Made by a program: the position numbers and the translations under genes. Below are positions 1 to 13,070 of a stretch of DNA of 64,000 nt, piece by piece; the stretch's first letter is position 1, and each line of letters opens with the position of its first letter. The stretch lies in the NCBI RefSeq assembly GCF_009914755.1, contig NC_060935.1, one strand, 5' to 3'. Under the pieces are notes generated by a model. That model was not told the DNA's origin. It worked only from the letters and a program-made list of their open reading frames with translations, and made no database searches. The stretch is from the human T2T-CHM13v2.0 reference genome, Homo sapiens.

Positions 1-2950
1 ATATTACTTGAATTTCAGATGGGTGAGAATTTAACACTATATTAAAGGAGCCCAGGCAAAAGGACATGGGTTGCGTCACCGAGACTTATTAAATGTGATG
101 GAAATTCAACAGCCGAATGCTGGCAAACAGGTGCAAGAGCTGAATTAATATTTAAACCCTACCACTCAGGGGGAATTGCAGTGCATCACGTTGACAGCCA
201 CAGCACGATGCTAATTTCATTCACAAGCTTAAAAATCTCAATACATTTAAACACGTGAATGTATTAAATTTTAAAAAGTGTAAGTAGCATAAGGGTATCC
301 CAGAACTAAAAATTGCAATTTCTCTCTGGGACTTCAAATCATTTATCTAGCCAGAAGCATGGTGCTTTTTATGAATGAAGTATATCTTACTACTTTCACA
401 TACAAATTGTGTTCTATTATTATATGTAGTGCAGACTGTTACTAAGCAAGATTTTCTCTTACTTTATGTGAAATTCTTTGTGAGTCATAAGAAAACCAAG
501 GATTCACTGATAGAGTTTCCAGCTTCTGATATCATACATGAAACAGGGTTCTCAATCAATGCTTCCAGTGATGCTAAGTGGTAGAATATTTCTGGAGGTA
601 AAGAAAAACAAAACTAAATACATACAGAAGTTTTTTTGGGGTGATATCATTAGAAGTGGTAAGTTGTAAGCTAAAAACTCAGCCAACTCCCAATTTGCGT
701 TTACCAGAAATTTACCTACTGTGGGTCACTTGTTCATTTAAGAATTTGATGGAAGCAGCAGAGCATCTCCGCATAAAATTGCATGTACATGCAAAATCCT
801 ATGAAGATTTCAGGGAGTTCATGAATTTCCACATTCCAAATATTGTTTATGATACGTCTTGATCTTTGTCTGGGACTGGAAGGGTATCCCTTATTGAGAG
901 GACTTTTTTCTTTGCCACCTGCTGTGTACCAGGCCTTAAAATGGATTGGGGAAGTAAAGGAAAGTAAGAAAAGATCTCTGGACCCTTTACAGCCTAGTGG
1001 AGGTTGGTAGACAAGTAGTACAGAGGGGTAAATAATTTGATTTTATATATATATATATAAAATTGCAGAACTGCCTGGAGAAGACAGCACATTAGTGAGT
1101 ATTAATTGATGTAAAGTACAAGAAGAGGGAGGCATTCTAGGCCGAAGGAACGGTATGTGCAGAAGCACAGAAATGAGAACAAGAAGCACTATTCTTTCAT
1201 TGCTAAAATACTGTGTAAGAAATGTATAACAACAAGTGTATTTTAAAAGTTAGTTTTCTCTATCAACATTTCTTAAGCTTTAAATAAAACAAAAATTATT
1301 GTTTTAGCTGGGCCTAATTTCCTAAGGTTTTAGCCATCTCAGCCTTTTATTACATTTGTATACAAGCTTGTTCTCCTCATCTTGCTTAACTGGAGAATAT
1401 TAAGCACTCATTTTTCAAATACAAAAACAACTGTAAAAGGCTCCCTTCCTAGTAAGTGAGTCAAGAAAAGCCCATATATACTGCATTGGATGAGTCTAGA
1501 TTCTTAATCAAACACATGTAATCAGTACCTGCCCAAAAATCTTGACAATGGCAGCAGTAGCAACTGATTCTTTTTTAAACCCACTATCAAGAAAGCAGAT
1601 GAAAAAGAGACAAATGTACAGTCAATAACCTGAGCTAACAATAAGTTATTTTCAATAGAACAAAAAGGACAAAAGCCAAAGGTATTCATTACCATTCCCA
1701 GGATAAGAGACCACAGCAGTTGCTGCCTTCACCAGATGTGCTGTCTTTAGGCCTGACAATGCACATCTCCCCAAGGGAAATGTAGGGAGAAAGCCAAACT
1801 CTTGCAACTCGATGCATAGTGATTTGGCTTCCATTAAAACATCTCTCAGTAAAAGCCTATTCAGGTTTAAAGATTCCACACTCATTTTCTCCCAGAAAAT
1901 GAGATCGTTGTATAAAATAGCAGACGTGGAATTAGAGCTTCTGGAAATCACTCTAAGCCATGTGATCTCATCTTGACTTCCTTAAATTCTGATCAGGAAA
2001 AAGATGAGATGGCTTGGTGAACATATCATCTTAAAATTGTTGCTTTGTTTTGAGCACCCAGAAACGGAAAGAAGCTCAACAACATTCTTAGGACACTGAA
2101 AAAATACACACATATATATAATAAAATAAGGTGTTTTTTTTTTTTTGAGAAAACTCATACTGATCTAGACTTCCTAGAATGTATCTGAGATGAACTAGTC
2201 AAATAAGACTACTTACAATCCCTGTGAACTTGAGAAGAGACATTTAACCCCTCAGTTTGGTACCTTTGAACGAAAATTAGAACATCTATTTCATACTTCT
2301 CAGAATTTTTGTAAGAATTAAATATGTGGAACATGATTAAAACAAAATCTACCTCTGGTATTTTCCCAAGTGTGTTATCCAGAAAATAAATACTGTGGAA
2401 TGGTTATTAAAATTAAAACAGTTTCTTATCAAAAAGTTGGGAAATTGTGGGTAAACAAAGTTATACAGTTATCTTAAGAGCTTTACCATGTTAATGGGCA
2501 TTGTGAATCCTGGAAAAAGGAGTGTAGCATGTTGCATTTCCCAGACTTACTTGACAACAGATACATTGGTGTTTGGTTGTGGACTGAAGTTTGGAAAATG
2601 CTGTGCGATACAGAGTCAATGTTCTTCTGTCTTTCTTCTTCACTCTCATATGAGCATGTATAATTCTTCTTTATAGCACTTAATCACAATATTTAAGTAT
2701 CATTCTTTTCATTAGGTTTGAATTTCATGAGAGCAAGGACTATGTATTCAGAAATGTTTTAATCCCCAGTGTTTAGTACATTGTGGGTAATAAATTTTTT
2801 TAGTCTATACAATTTCTGGTAACCTCAGATGCAATTCAGTTGATAGACTAAATAAATAGTTTTTTTTTTTTTTTTTGAGCTGTGAAAACAAAGGGGGTGG
2901 TTTAAAATCACTCCAATATATTTTAGCCTTGTAGAGCCGTGCTTAAAAAG

Positions 2951-3251
2951 TAAGGCATGGTGGTTAACGGCTATAATCACAGCACTTTGGGCAGCCAAGG
3001 TAGGAGGAATAGCGCTTGAGTTCAGGAGTTCAAGACCAGCCTAGGCAACGTAGCGAGACCCTATCTCTACACAAAAATTTAAAAATTAGCTGGGTGTGGT
3101 GGTGCTCACCTATAGTCCCAGCTATTCAGGGGGCTAAGATGGGAGGATCACTTGATCCCAGGGTTCAAGGCTGCAGTGTGAGCTATGTCATGCCATTGCA
3201 CTTCAGCTTGGGTGATAGTGAGACCCTGTGCCCCCGACCCCCCAAAAAAAA
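2951..3251 (+). mobile_element. Alu (old, AluJ-like)
   Basis: Diverged dimeric Alu: ...CAGCACTTTGGGCAGCCAAGG...GGAGTTCAAGACCAGCCTAGGCAAC..., short A tail. Confidence 0.9.
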
Positions 3252-4189
3252 TACCTGTGCAGAAAGGTGCTCCATGAAAACTAGGCACAGGAGTAAGAAA
3301 AGAATAGAGAAAAAACAAAAATGCATTCTTAAAATGCCCAAATACAAGTTGTATATCTCAGGTGGCAAGAGAAATCTAGAAGTTTAATTATGGAAAATAA
3401 ACTTCTAGCTAGATGGTTTAAATACAACCTGGAAGGTTTAGGCTGATGAAATTTGGTCTCTTAAAATCCTTAGCATCAATTACCAAATAGGGTAAAACTA
3501 ACATTTTTTTTTAAAGACAATTTTTTTCATACTTAAGTCATTGTAAGTCTCTATACTTTTAAAACATAAGTACTACTTTGTAAATTTGAGAATGTTCCAT
3601 TAATTTATACATTAGGAAAATTTTATACTTCATTTCGGATGCTGAAATCTTTTAGTCCAATACCTAACTTGAATAAGCATTAGTCAGATGCTTCAGGGGT
3701 TTTCAATAGCCCTTTATCTTACCCGCTCTCCATTAGTCCAGGCTGAAAGTAGAATAAGCTTGGCAGAACCTTTAAATTAACATATCAGATCCCCTTCCTA
3801 CCTACTCCATTTTACAACTGAGAAGAATAAGTAACTGTGTTATGCCATTCATAAAATGAGTACTTTATGCCCAGTATGCACTAAATGCTTCTGAACATTT
3901 TTTAACGTGATTTTCACAATAATCCTGTGAGAAGTGTTATGATTTCATCCTAGAATGGAGAAACTCAGAAGTGTTTTACCCCACATCAAATAGCCATAAA
4001 AAAAGTGAATGATCTGAAAATTGAACTTAGAGCCCTTTCTCTGAAGGTCAGTGACATTTCCATTACACAATGTTTTGTTAATAGAAGTATTATAATTTTT
4101 TATGCTTTTTCATAGGAGTGATTAAAATGTATATGCATAAACATAGTGCTTGCATGTAACATAACCAAGACTTAAGTGAAGACAACTAT

Positions 4190-5640
4190 TAAACTTTAAT
4201 AACAGACATATAAAATATTAATGGAAATACTATGTTTCCTGGATGCATTGCTTCAACATTATGATAAATTTTACACAAATAAATTTACACATTTACTATA
4301 ATTCCAATCAAAATTTTTATTTTTATATACTTTGATTCTAAATTTAATTTGGAGCAATTAATACATTGGAATACGCAAGATAATTTTGAAAAGAATGTTG
4401 AAAAGAAAGATGATTGTGGGCTGGTGGAGGAGAAGATGATGGGGAGAAGGTTGCCCCACCTGATAGCAAAACTTACTGGAAAAGATATTTAATAATAATT
4501 AAAATAATGTGGTATTTGCAGAAAAATAGGAGAAACGCATCAATGGAACACAATTGAGAATCCAGAAGCAGATCCATCTGTATATAGAAATGTAGTATAT
4601 GATCAAGAGGGTACTTCAAATGGGTACGAAAAGAATGTACTGTTTAATAAATAAGTTGACTATGTCATTTTGAAAAAAAATTAGATTTGAACCTCATATA
4701 CTAAAAAACAAATTTTGTGTGGATTAAATATTCAAATATAAGAAATAAAACCAGAAATATATCAAAAAATAGAGTTGATTATATCTATAATCTTAGAGTG
4801 GGAAAAACCTTCCTAAATTTAATAAAACCTAAAACTACTTGGAAATCTGTATAAAAATGTTTAATTTTTGAATGGCAGAAACTCTACAAAATTAAAAGAC
4901 ATTTACAAATGTTCAGGAAAAAATATTTTTAACTATGTAAATAGTTGACAAAAGGTTAATATCCTTATTTTATAAATAGCTCTTCCAAATCAATAAAGCA
5001 GAGACCAACATCACATCAGGAAAATGGATAAAGGATTTGTTCAAGCAATTTCTAGCTGGAATCAACTGGCTATTAGATTTGAAAAGATGTCCAACCTTAC
5101 TAATTGCCAAAGAAATGAAAATTAAAACAGCGGTAAGCTAAGATTTACCTACTATCAGACTAGTCAGGGTTAAAGAGTGATAGCTTCTAGTACTGGTAAG
5201 GATGTGAGGAGATGGACTCTCATATACTATTGATGGAAGTAAATTGGTATAATCTATTTAGAGAGTATATTTAGAAATATTGATCCAAATTTAAGTGGAC
5301 ATAACTACCCTTTGACCTAACAACTCCAAGTGACATACAAGATTCACATACAGTTGCAAATATTTTTCCCAGACTGTGACTGTCATTTTACTTTGTAGAG
5401 TTTTTCTGCTATGTAGGATTATAAAATGTACAGTTCACATGTTTATTGCATCATTTTATTGTGATGGAAAAAATAAAAACCATCCTAAATGTTCCTGCTG
5501 CGGTGACAATGTGAGCTCCACAAGAGACCACTTCTATCTTATTTACTATTGTGTTTCCAGTTGGCTGGTACTTGACACTACAAACATTTGTTAAATGGAC
5601 AAACAAAATGAATTATAATGCATTTATACAACTGAAATTA
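4190..5640 (+). mobile_element. Ancient L1 (L1M-type) ORF2 3' end / 3' UTR remnant
   Basis: Degenerate L1 motifs such as ATCAATGGAACACAATTGAGAATCCAGAA and GGTAAGGATGTGAGGAGATGGACTCTCATATACT; A-rich strand. Boundaries approximate. Confidence 0.7.
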
Positions 5641-5929
5641 GTTTTTAAAGATAAGTAAACTAAGTTGTAGATTATTTTACAGATGATTCGTTTCTTATAA
5701 GTATATGTATATATATGCACATATACACCTATATGTATTTTTGTCATACATGTGTATGAAGAAAAAAGGAAGTATACCTCTTGGTTGCCTCTTGAATTTA
5801 AAGAATTTAAAGAGTAGTGACATTAACTATTGACTTCATATACAAATGATAATATTTCCTTTGGCTTTTTTTTTCTTTTCTTTTTTTTAACAATGACTGT
5901 GTTTATAACTTGGAAGTACAAATGTAGTC

Positions 5930-6460
5930 ATTCTTTCAATCCACCAACTGTTCTTGGTGCAAAGGTTTTATAGCAGTGAATACAGTCTCTATTTTACCTG
6001 AGTCTGTATTCTAGTGGAGGAAGACAGATGGTAAACAAATAAATATTTGTTTCTGATAAGGTGTTATGAAGAAAATTAAACCAAGGTAAGGGGACTAGTG
6101 ACATGGTGCTGTTTTTCATAAGCATAGTTAGAGACTGCCTTTTGTATTATGTGATATTTGAAAAGAGACTTGAATGAAGTAGGGAGTAAGCCACTCAGGG
6201 CTATGAAGGTAGATCTTCTAAGTACAGGTCAAAGGACTTAGGCAGGACCATGCCAAGGTTCAGTTAAGAGCAAGGTCAGGGGATGTTGGAGGTGTTTGCA
6301 TGATTAATTTTTGTATTTAAAAGGATCAGTCTGGTGGATGTGTGGAAAAGATGATGGCTTGGACAAGAGTCATAGTGGTAGAGCTGGTAAGAAGTGGTGG
6401 GGTTCTGGATATATCCCAGATGCAGAGCCATCAGAATTTGCTGATGTGAGACAAAGAAAA
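5930..6460. mobile_element. L2 LINE fragment
   Basis: L2-like motifs TTCTAGTGGAGGAAGACAGA and GATATTTGAAAAGAGACTTGAATGAAGT. Boundaries approximate. Confidence 0.55.
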
Positions 6461-7444
6461 CAGAAAGGATATAAAACTGTCAAGAGTCTTAAAATACACC
6501 ACCATCAACAAACCTGATCTGGAATGTGAGAATGGAGTGCCTCTAATAAGGCAGAACTTGTTAACAATTTTCTTTCACAGCTAGGGTCAATCCCTTATGC
6601 CATGAATTTTCCCAGCATTACTGTGAGAGAAGTAAGTGCCAAATAATGTCTCAAAATTGTATTGAAATTAGAACTTGTTCCCATACTGGGTTTAGTGCAC
6701 GCTTACTTTTAAAAGTTTATTTAACATGAAAACATCTTCCCATTAAATGTACATTAGCCTTTAATTTCCTTTTGTAGTCAGTTTTACTAACAAATTTTTC
6801 TATTTTAAAGTATAAGGAAGAAACAGTTCTGCTATTTTGAAGAATTGAGAAAATTTGTGGTTTAGGATTTTATAGTTGTTAAGTGAAAAAAGTTTACATG
6901 AAATCTTAACAATATTGTGCATTAATCTTTGGGGAAAAACTTGAACTTAAATCACTGAAGATATTGAGGATTTTTAAAACTTAAATTTCCAAGTTTTACC
7001 ATTATATTATCATGTCTCATTTTTTTCTGCAAAAGAAATATGCAAAACCAAAGTTCACCTTGCACATTTCCCCTATGTCAGGTAATAAAGGCTTCCAAGC
7101 TTGGATTTTCTGAGGTTAAAATTATTTGCAGGTGCTCCATTGCATGTACAAATAATTGATTAATTAAGGATGTTCTCAATCATTATCAGGTATAATTAAG
7201 TGCATGCAATCAGTTGTATTGAGACAGGGAAATTGCTGGCAAATTTGAGAGTTCACTTGCTCCAACAAAAATCATACTTTGGTTCCCATGATCACATTTA
7301 GCCAAAAAGTAGCATAGAGGACTGGACCCATATCATGACATTTAAAAAGTATTTTCATAATGCTTTTTGTGACTAAAATTGTGATGCTGCTCATTTAGTC
7401 ACTTATTGATATGACCGAATATTGTGCTCTTTATAGACCCACGC

Positions 7445-8009
7445 TGTCAGGTTCATGATTACAACAAATGCCATGCCGAGGTCTGAAGGGAGTGGGTGGA
7501 TAAGTAGAAAGAACAATCGGGGCCGTAGGCAGGTGAAAGATGATTTTATTTAGCAGCAGCTCTCATCGACAGCTTTCTTATACTAGCTCTCTACACTGTT
7601 CGCCTTTATTTCAGCTGTTTGCTCCTGCCCTGTGGCTCCTGCTGCCCCCATGCCTGCAGCTGCATGGCTGACATTCCCTTGGCTTCAGGGTCAGCAGCTT
7701 AACTCTTTCTCTGGGCATGAGCGAGCCAAGCTTTGTCCTGGCTCCCCTCTCTCTGTCTGCAAAGATGGACAGCTCTGACTCTCTCTCTCTTTCTCTGGGT
7801 GGCTGCACCTGCACAGTGTCAGCAGGGCAATTATACCTTTTACAGACAATATTGGCATAGAACCAAGTGATGGCCTTCCCATGTTACGGCTACATGGCTG
7901 TGATAACAAGTGAAGTTATATGCCTTTGCTCTGAACTCACTGAGTCATGCAAGATGTAAACATCCTACCTCGGCCTATCCTTGACCAAAGCACAGCCATG
8001 TTCCTTAAA
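7445..8009 (-). mobile_element. LTR18-family (ERVL/HERV18) LTR
   Basis: The minus strand starts T(T)TAAGGAACATGGCTGTGCTTTGGTCAAGGATAGGCCGAGG, contains ATTGTCTGTAAAAGGTATAA (TATA) and AATAAA, and ends GAACCTGACA. Confidence 0.75.
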
Positions 8010-8283
8010 CTCCACCCGCTAGGCTGAGCAAGACATAGGTCTTGGATACACAGGTTATACATAGAAGCTTTGGGTACATAGGTGCAATAGACACACACAG
8101 GCTTTATACATAAGTTTTGGGCACATAGGTTTGATATACAGGCTTGGCACACAGGCCGTACACACCCGATGATGTGAATGAAACTGTACTAATGATCCTG
8201 GATTTTTATCCATTCATTCATCCATTTTTTTTCATTTATCTATTCATTATCTTTTCAACAAACATTTATTGAGTGTTTTCTAA

Positions 8284-8452
8284 AGTAGTTTTTAATCTTG
8301 GCTGCATGTCAAAATCCTCTGTGAAGCTTTTCAAAAGTAGTGATTCCTGAGTAATAAACCCCTGAAACTAATTCAGTAGATCTGGAGTGGAGCCAGGCAT
8401 TTTTGTCAAAAGCACCACAGGTGACTGTGATGTACAGTCAGAATTAAGAATC
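8284..8452. mobile_element. MER5-type hAT DNA transposon fossil
   Basis: TCTTGGCTGCATGTCAAAATC...TTCAGTAGATCTGGAGTGGAGCCAGG...CACCACAGGTGACTGTGATG, MER5A-like. Confidence 0.65.
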
Positions 8453-9244
8453 ACAAGCTTCTCTGTCAAGTACTAGGGATATAAGAGTGAACGCGAAATA
8501 GTTCTTATTCACAAGGAGATCAGAGTCAAATGAGTGAGATAAATAAGTAAACAAGTAATTACAGAAGAGTATGATAAGTGCTATACTAGGGGTAAGCACA
8601 CCTCTTCTCATGTATATTGGTACTAGGTTAACAAAGTCCATTGATGGACTATAACACACAAAAAGGAGATTTTCTCTCATCAAACCTAATGACACAAATT
8701 GTGATTTTCCATCTTACCTACTCTATTCCTTAATCAAATGAATTAGCCATATTAGACTCTGTGGTGAAACTCAGGAGATGAAAAAGCAGAACAATAAGTT
8801 TCTATTTCTGATAACAGTATATGGGAGATGAGAAGGAGGTGAAGAAGAATTGCAAAACAGTGAGCTCCTCAAGGGCGGGGACCATTTTTCTGTCTTATTA
8901 ATATTTTTCTCCCTGTGGCCTCATTCAGAGTCCAGCATAAGAGTAGGCATTGAATCTGTTAGTTTTTTTTTTTTATCTTGTGTTCTTGATTAAATCAGGA
9001 GCCAGCTGTTCTTACCTAGTTTGTGCATTCCTAAGATAACTCTGTTCCTTGTTCTCTGATCAGTGACTTTCAGGAGAAAACCATTTTTCCTTCCTCAGAG
9101 GCACAGAACTTTTATTGTCTTTAAGCTTAATAATTCATAGAACCTTGCTAATCCTTTGTGGTTGGATTATTTTTTCTTATCCATGTGTCCCATTGCCAGT
9201 CGATGTTTTGTTCTTACTACTTTAATTTCCATTATCGCGTGCCA

Positions 9245-9613
9245 TTTTATTTTAATTTTTATATATTTTGAGACAGAGTCTCACTCTGTCGCCCAGGCTG
9301 GAGTGCAGTGGTGCAATCATGGCTCACTGCAGTCTCAACCTCCCCAGACTCAGATGATCCTCCTGCCTCAGCCTCTGGAGTAGCTGGGACTACAGGCATG
9401 CACCACCGTGCCTGGCTAAATTGTAGGATTTTTTTGTTTTTGTTTTTGTTTTTGTTTTTTGGTTTTTGTTTTTTTGTAGAGACAGGGTTTCACCATGTTG
9501 CCCAGGTTGGTCTTGAACTCCTGGGCTCAAGCCACTTGCCTGCCTTAGCCTCCCAAAGTGCTCCCAAATCCTTCCCTCCTAAAGGAATTACAAGCATGAG
9601 CCATCGTGCCCAG
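9245..9613 (-). mobile_element. Alu (AluJ-like) with expanded (GTTTTT)n linker
   Basis: GAGACAGAGTCTCACTCTGTCGCCCAGGCTGGAGTGCAGTGG...; middle A-rich region expanded at about 9430-9476. Confidence 0.92.
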
Positions 9614-10769
9614 CATCACATGCTATTTTATATTCTTTTGTTTCTTTTTAATTTCATTTTACACGATCTGCTTTGACAGCCTTTCTTCCTAAAAATTACA
9701 GACATGAGGTACCAGTATAAAGGAAGGATAGCCCTGGAAGTTTAACCTATCTAAAATAAGGGAAGATATGTGCCTTTGATCCCCCAGAGAAGTACCAAAA
9801 AAGCTCCACAAAACACATTGCTCATTGCAGACCTCTTGTCATCTCTTGGTCCCTAAAGATGGGACTTAGTGAGGTTGACAGGACGACATCTAGAAATGTC
9901 TTCCAGGAAATCCATCAGACATAATGCAGGTCAAAATTCCCCAAACAAAAGTGAGAAGGCCCCAGAAGGAAAGCTTCATAGATTAAAGTTCCCCTATTAT
10001 CTTTAAGACCATCTATTCCCAAATATAGCTGAAAGCTCTTATATCCATTCTGCATGACTTTATGACATTGGCAAGGCCAAAGTAGATCTTATAAAGAAAA
10101 GCTTGTCTGATTGCAGTGGTTTTAATTTGTCAGCTGCAGATTCATATATACTAGGGGATATACTTAATGTGAACATGATTTATATAAACTTGAAATTCTA
10201 TAATATAAAATACTAATAAATTATCACTTTGGGTGAATGCTTTGAAAATTGATTTCATCAAATGAAAGGAATTAGGAATCTCATCGTTTGACAGCTAGCT
10301 AACTAAATGAATTATAAATTATGTCCATCCTTCTGCCACAGGAAGGTGCTATTTTAGCTAGTAAGCCAAAATGTCTAACAAACTTTAATGTCAAATAAAC
10401 CAATGCTGTTGTTTATATTAGAACTACATGGTTATTTCAGATACTATTTTGTTATTTTTTTGGTTTTGTTATGAAACATTCCATTTTCATTAATTTTACA
10501 AAACACATTTACTGAAAATAGTATGCAAACATTTATTGAGCTTTCTGCCTTTCTATTTTATGAATTAAGAGATTCTGCATTAAAATGTCAATAAAGTTAA
10601 GCAGTTATGTTGAACCATCATTTTAATTTCTGCAAAATATCAAAGATAATGCTAAGAAATTTTTAAAAAAATTATAGCAAAAATATCCTGCAGTTCTTAT
10701 TGATTTATGTGCTCCATGAATGTTTACTTCCTATTTTACATGAAAATATATGTTTGTTCATATTCTTAG

Positions 10770-10840
10770 AATACTCTGAAACATATTTCCCAGTGGCCCA
10801 AACTCTTTATTAGGAAAATGGACGAATTGAATAGCAAATG
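10770..10840 (+). CDS. METTL15: Alternative 71-nt METTL15 cassette exon encoding (E)YSETYFPVAQTLY-stop
   Basis: Acceptor TTCATATTCTTAG ends at 10769; donor ATG|GTAAGA at 10840/10841. Read in the same phase 1 as the terminal exon, it gives 14 codons then TAG at 10811-10813. Confidence 0.7.
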
Positions 10841-11499
10841 GTAAGAAGCTGGCCTTCCTTTTCAGTTTTGATATGGACATCATGTTCCTGAGAGACCTGG
10901 TTGTTGGAAGATAAATCCCCTAGTGTCTAACATTCTCCAGACTTTTGGCAAAGTAATTTTTATAGAGGAAAGAACCATCACACTGATTTGGTTTACTTTA
11001 AACCACCAGGTTCTCAATTCTGTGATTCATGTAAGATATTATTTCTTTCCGTCTCTGATCTAGTTTCCAAAGAATATTAATCTGCTATGCCTGATCTTTA
11101 CTACTAGGTGTTTAGATTACTGAAATGTGAACTAAGGTGCCAGCCTTGTATAATTAACTTTTCTTTAAGAAACATGCTAAGGAGATTAAAATGCCAAGAT
11201 TGCAGTTATTTTCTGAGATCTTCATTAAGAACAAATCTGTACTAGAGACACTACTTCTCTATGGGATAATACTCTTCAGGAGCATGGTACAAAATCAAGG
11301 AAAAAATTTTGTATAAATCTATTGAACATTATACATTAATATCTTGTTTGTATGCCAGTGGTTATAAGCTTAAGGAAAATTATATTTATTAGTTTATTTA
11401 GAAATTAGTAATTTTTGCCTATCTCAATTATTGAAGTAGATGGGACATACCTGTTTTGATGTGCATGTTTTAAAATATGATATAAATAATATACATGTA

Positions 11500-12860
11500 T
11501 TCTGCAGTTTACTTCTTTTATATATTCTAGATACATGTCCCTTATTAGATGTATGATTTGCAAATTTTTTCCCATTCTCTGACTTGTCTTTCATTTCTTG
11601 ATGGTGTTGTTTGAATGAGAAAGGTTTTTAATTTTGATGAAGTCCAGTTTATCTAATTTTTTCTTTTGTTGTTCACAATTTTGGTGTCATATCTAAGAAT
11701 CTTTTGCAACATTCGAAGTCATTAAGATTTAGCCTTATGTTTTGTTCTGAGAGTTTTATAGTTTGTACTTTTACAGTTAGGTCTTTGATCCATTTTGAGT
11801 TTGTTTTTGTATATGATGTAAGAGTCTAATTACATTCTTTTACATGTGGCTATCCAATTGCCTCCGCATCATTTGTTCAAAAGGCTTTTCCCAATTGAAT
11901 GGTCTTGGCACTCTTGTCAATAATTAGTTGACTGTATAGGTATGGGTTTATTTCTTGACTCTCAATTACATTCTATTTTTCTCTATGTCTGTTGCTATGC
12001 CAGTACCACACTGTCTTATCATTGCTTTGTAGTAAGCTTTGAAATTCATAAATGTAAGTCCTGCTACTTTATTCTTTTTTTTCTTTCAAGATTATTTGGG
12101 CTGTTCTAGGTGCCTTGCAATTCCATATGAATTTTAAAATCAGCTTGTTAATTTGTACAAAGAAGTCAGCTGGAATTCTGATAGGGATTATATTAAATCT
12201 TAGATCAGTTTGGGTAGTATTCCCATCTTCCAGTCTTTGAACATACAGTAATTAAGTCTTCCAATCTGTGAACATTCAGTAATTTCCCATTTATATAGGT
12301 CTTTAATTTATTTCAAAAATGTTTTATAGCTATGGCCTTATCACTTCATTCCTATCTGTATATCCAAATGATCACATGGCCTCATTTTATTTCAGCTAAA
12401 AGTATTTCCTTTCAATTTCTTGAATGCAGACCTATTCACAGTGGATTGTCTCACTTTTTATTTATTTTAAAATGTCTTTGAACCTTTATTTTTGAATAAA
12501 TATCTTAGTAGACTTAGCCTTCTTCGTAAACAGAGTGTTCTTCTCAACACTGTTTATGTTATTCCACTATCTTCTGGCCTCCAGTGTGCTCATAAAAAAT
12601 TAGCTGTTAATAATATTTTTGTTCTTCTTTATGTAATGAATTTTCTTTTCTGTTGGCATTTTTTTTGTTGTTATCTTTGGCTGTAGTAGTTTTATGATAT
12701 GCCTATGTGCAGCCATTTTGTTTATTATATTTGTGCTTCATTGAGCATCTTTGAGTTAACGTTTTTCACCAAATTTGAGAAGGATTTTGTTATTATTTCT
12801 TTAAATATATGTCCACCATTTCTCTTTCTGTGCTCCTTGTTAAACTCCAATTATCCTTAT
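11500..12860 (-). mobile_element. Old L1 (L1M) fragments
   Basis: T-rich antisense L1 ORF2 motifs such as TTTTGATGAAGTCCAGTTTATCTAA and TTCCATATGAATTTTAAAATCAGCTTG. Boundaries approximate. Confidence 0.7.
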
Positions 12861-13070
12861 GAGTTATGAAAGGTTTTTTTGCCACATAGTTTTAAACCTT
12901 GGAAGAATGTTTGGGAATAAGAGGGGGAAGTATGAATGAAGTGCCACCACAATTTTCTAAGAAAACTTAGTTCACTAAATATGCACACAACTACACAATT
13001 CATTAGATTTACAGTGAAAAATATTAATGTTACCGGTCTTCTTTTCCTATCTTTACAACATTTGTTTTAG

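Noticed and set aside
2350-2600. Possible hAT-type fossil (also about 720-850 and 27020-27150)
   Set aside because: They resemble old DNA transposon remnants, but family and boundaries could not be supported by eye.
3016-3387. Alu-derived ORFs (also 9308, 15488, 24873, 27838, 33839, 45776, 48537, 62840)
   Set aside because: They are typical Alu translations with no independent coding evidence.
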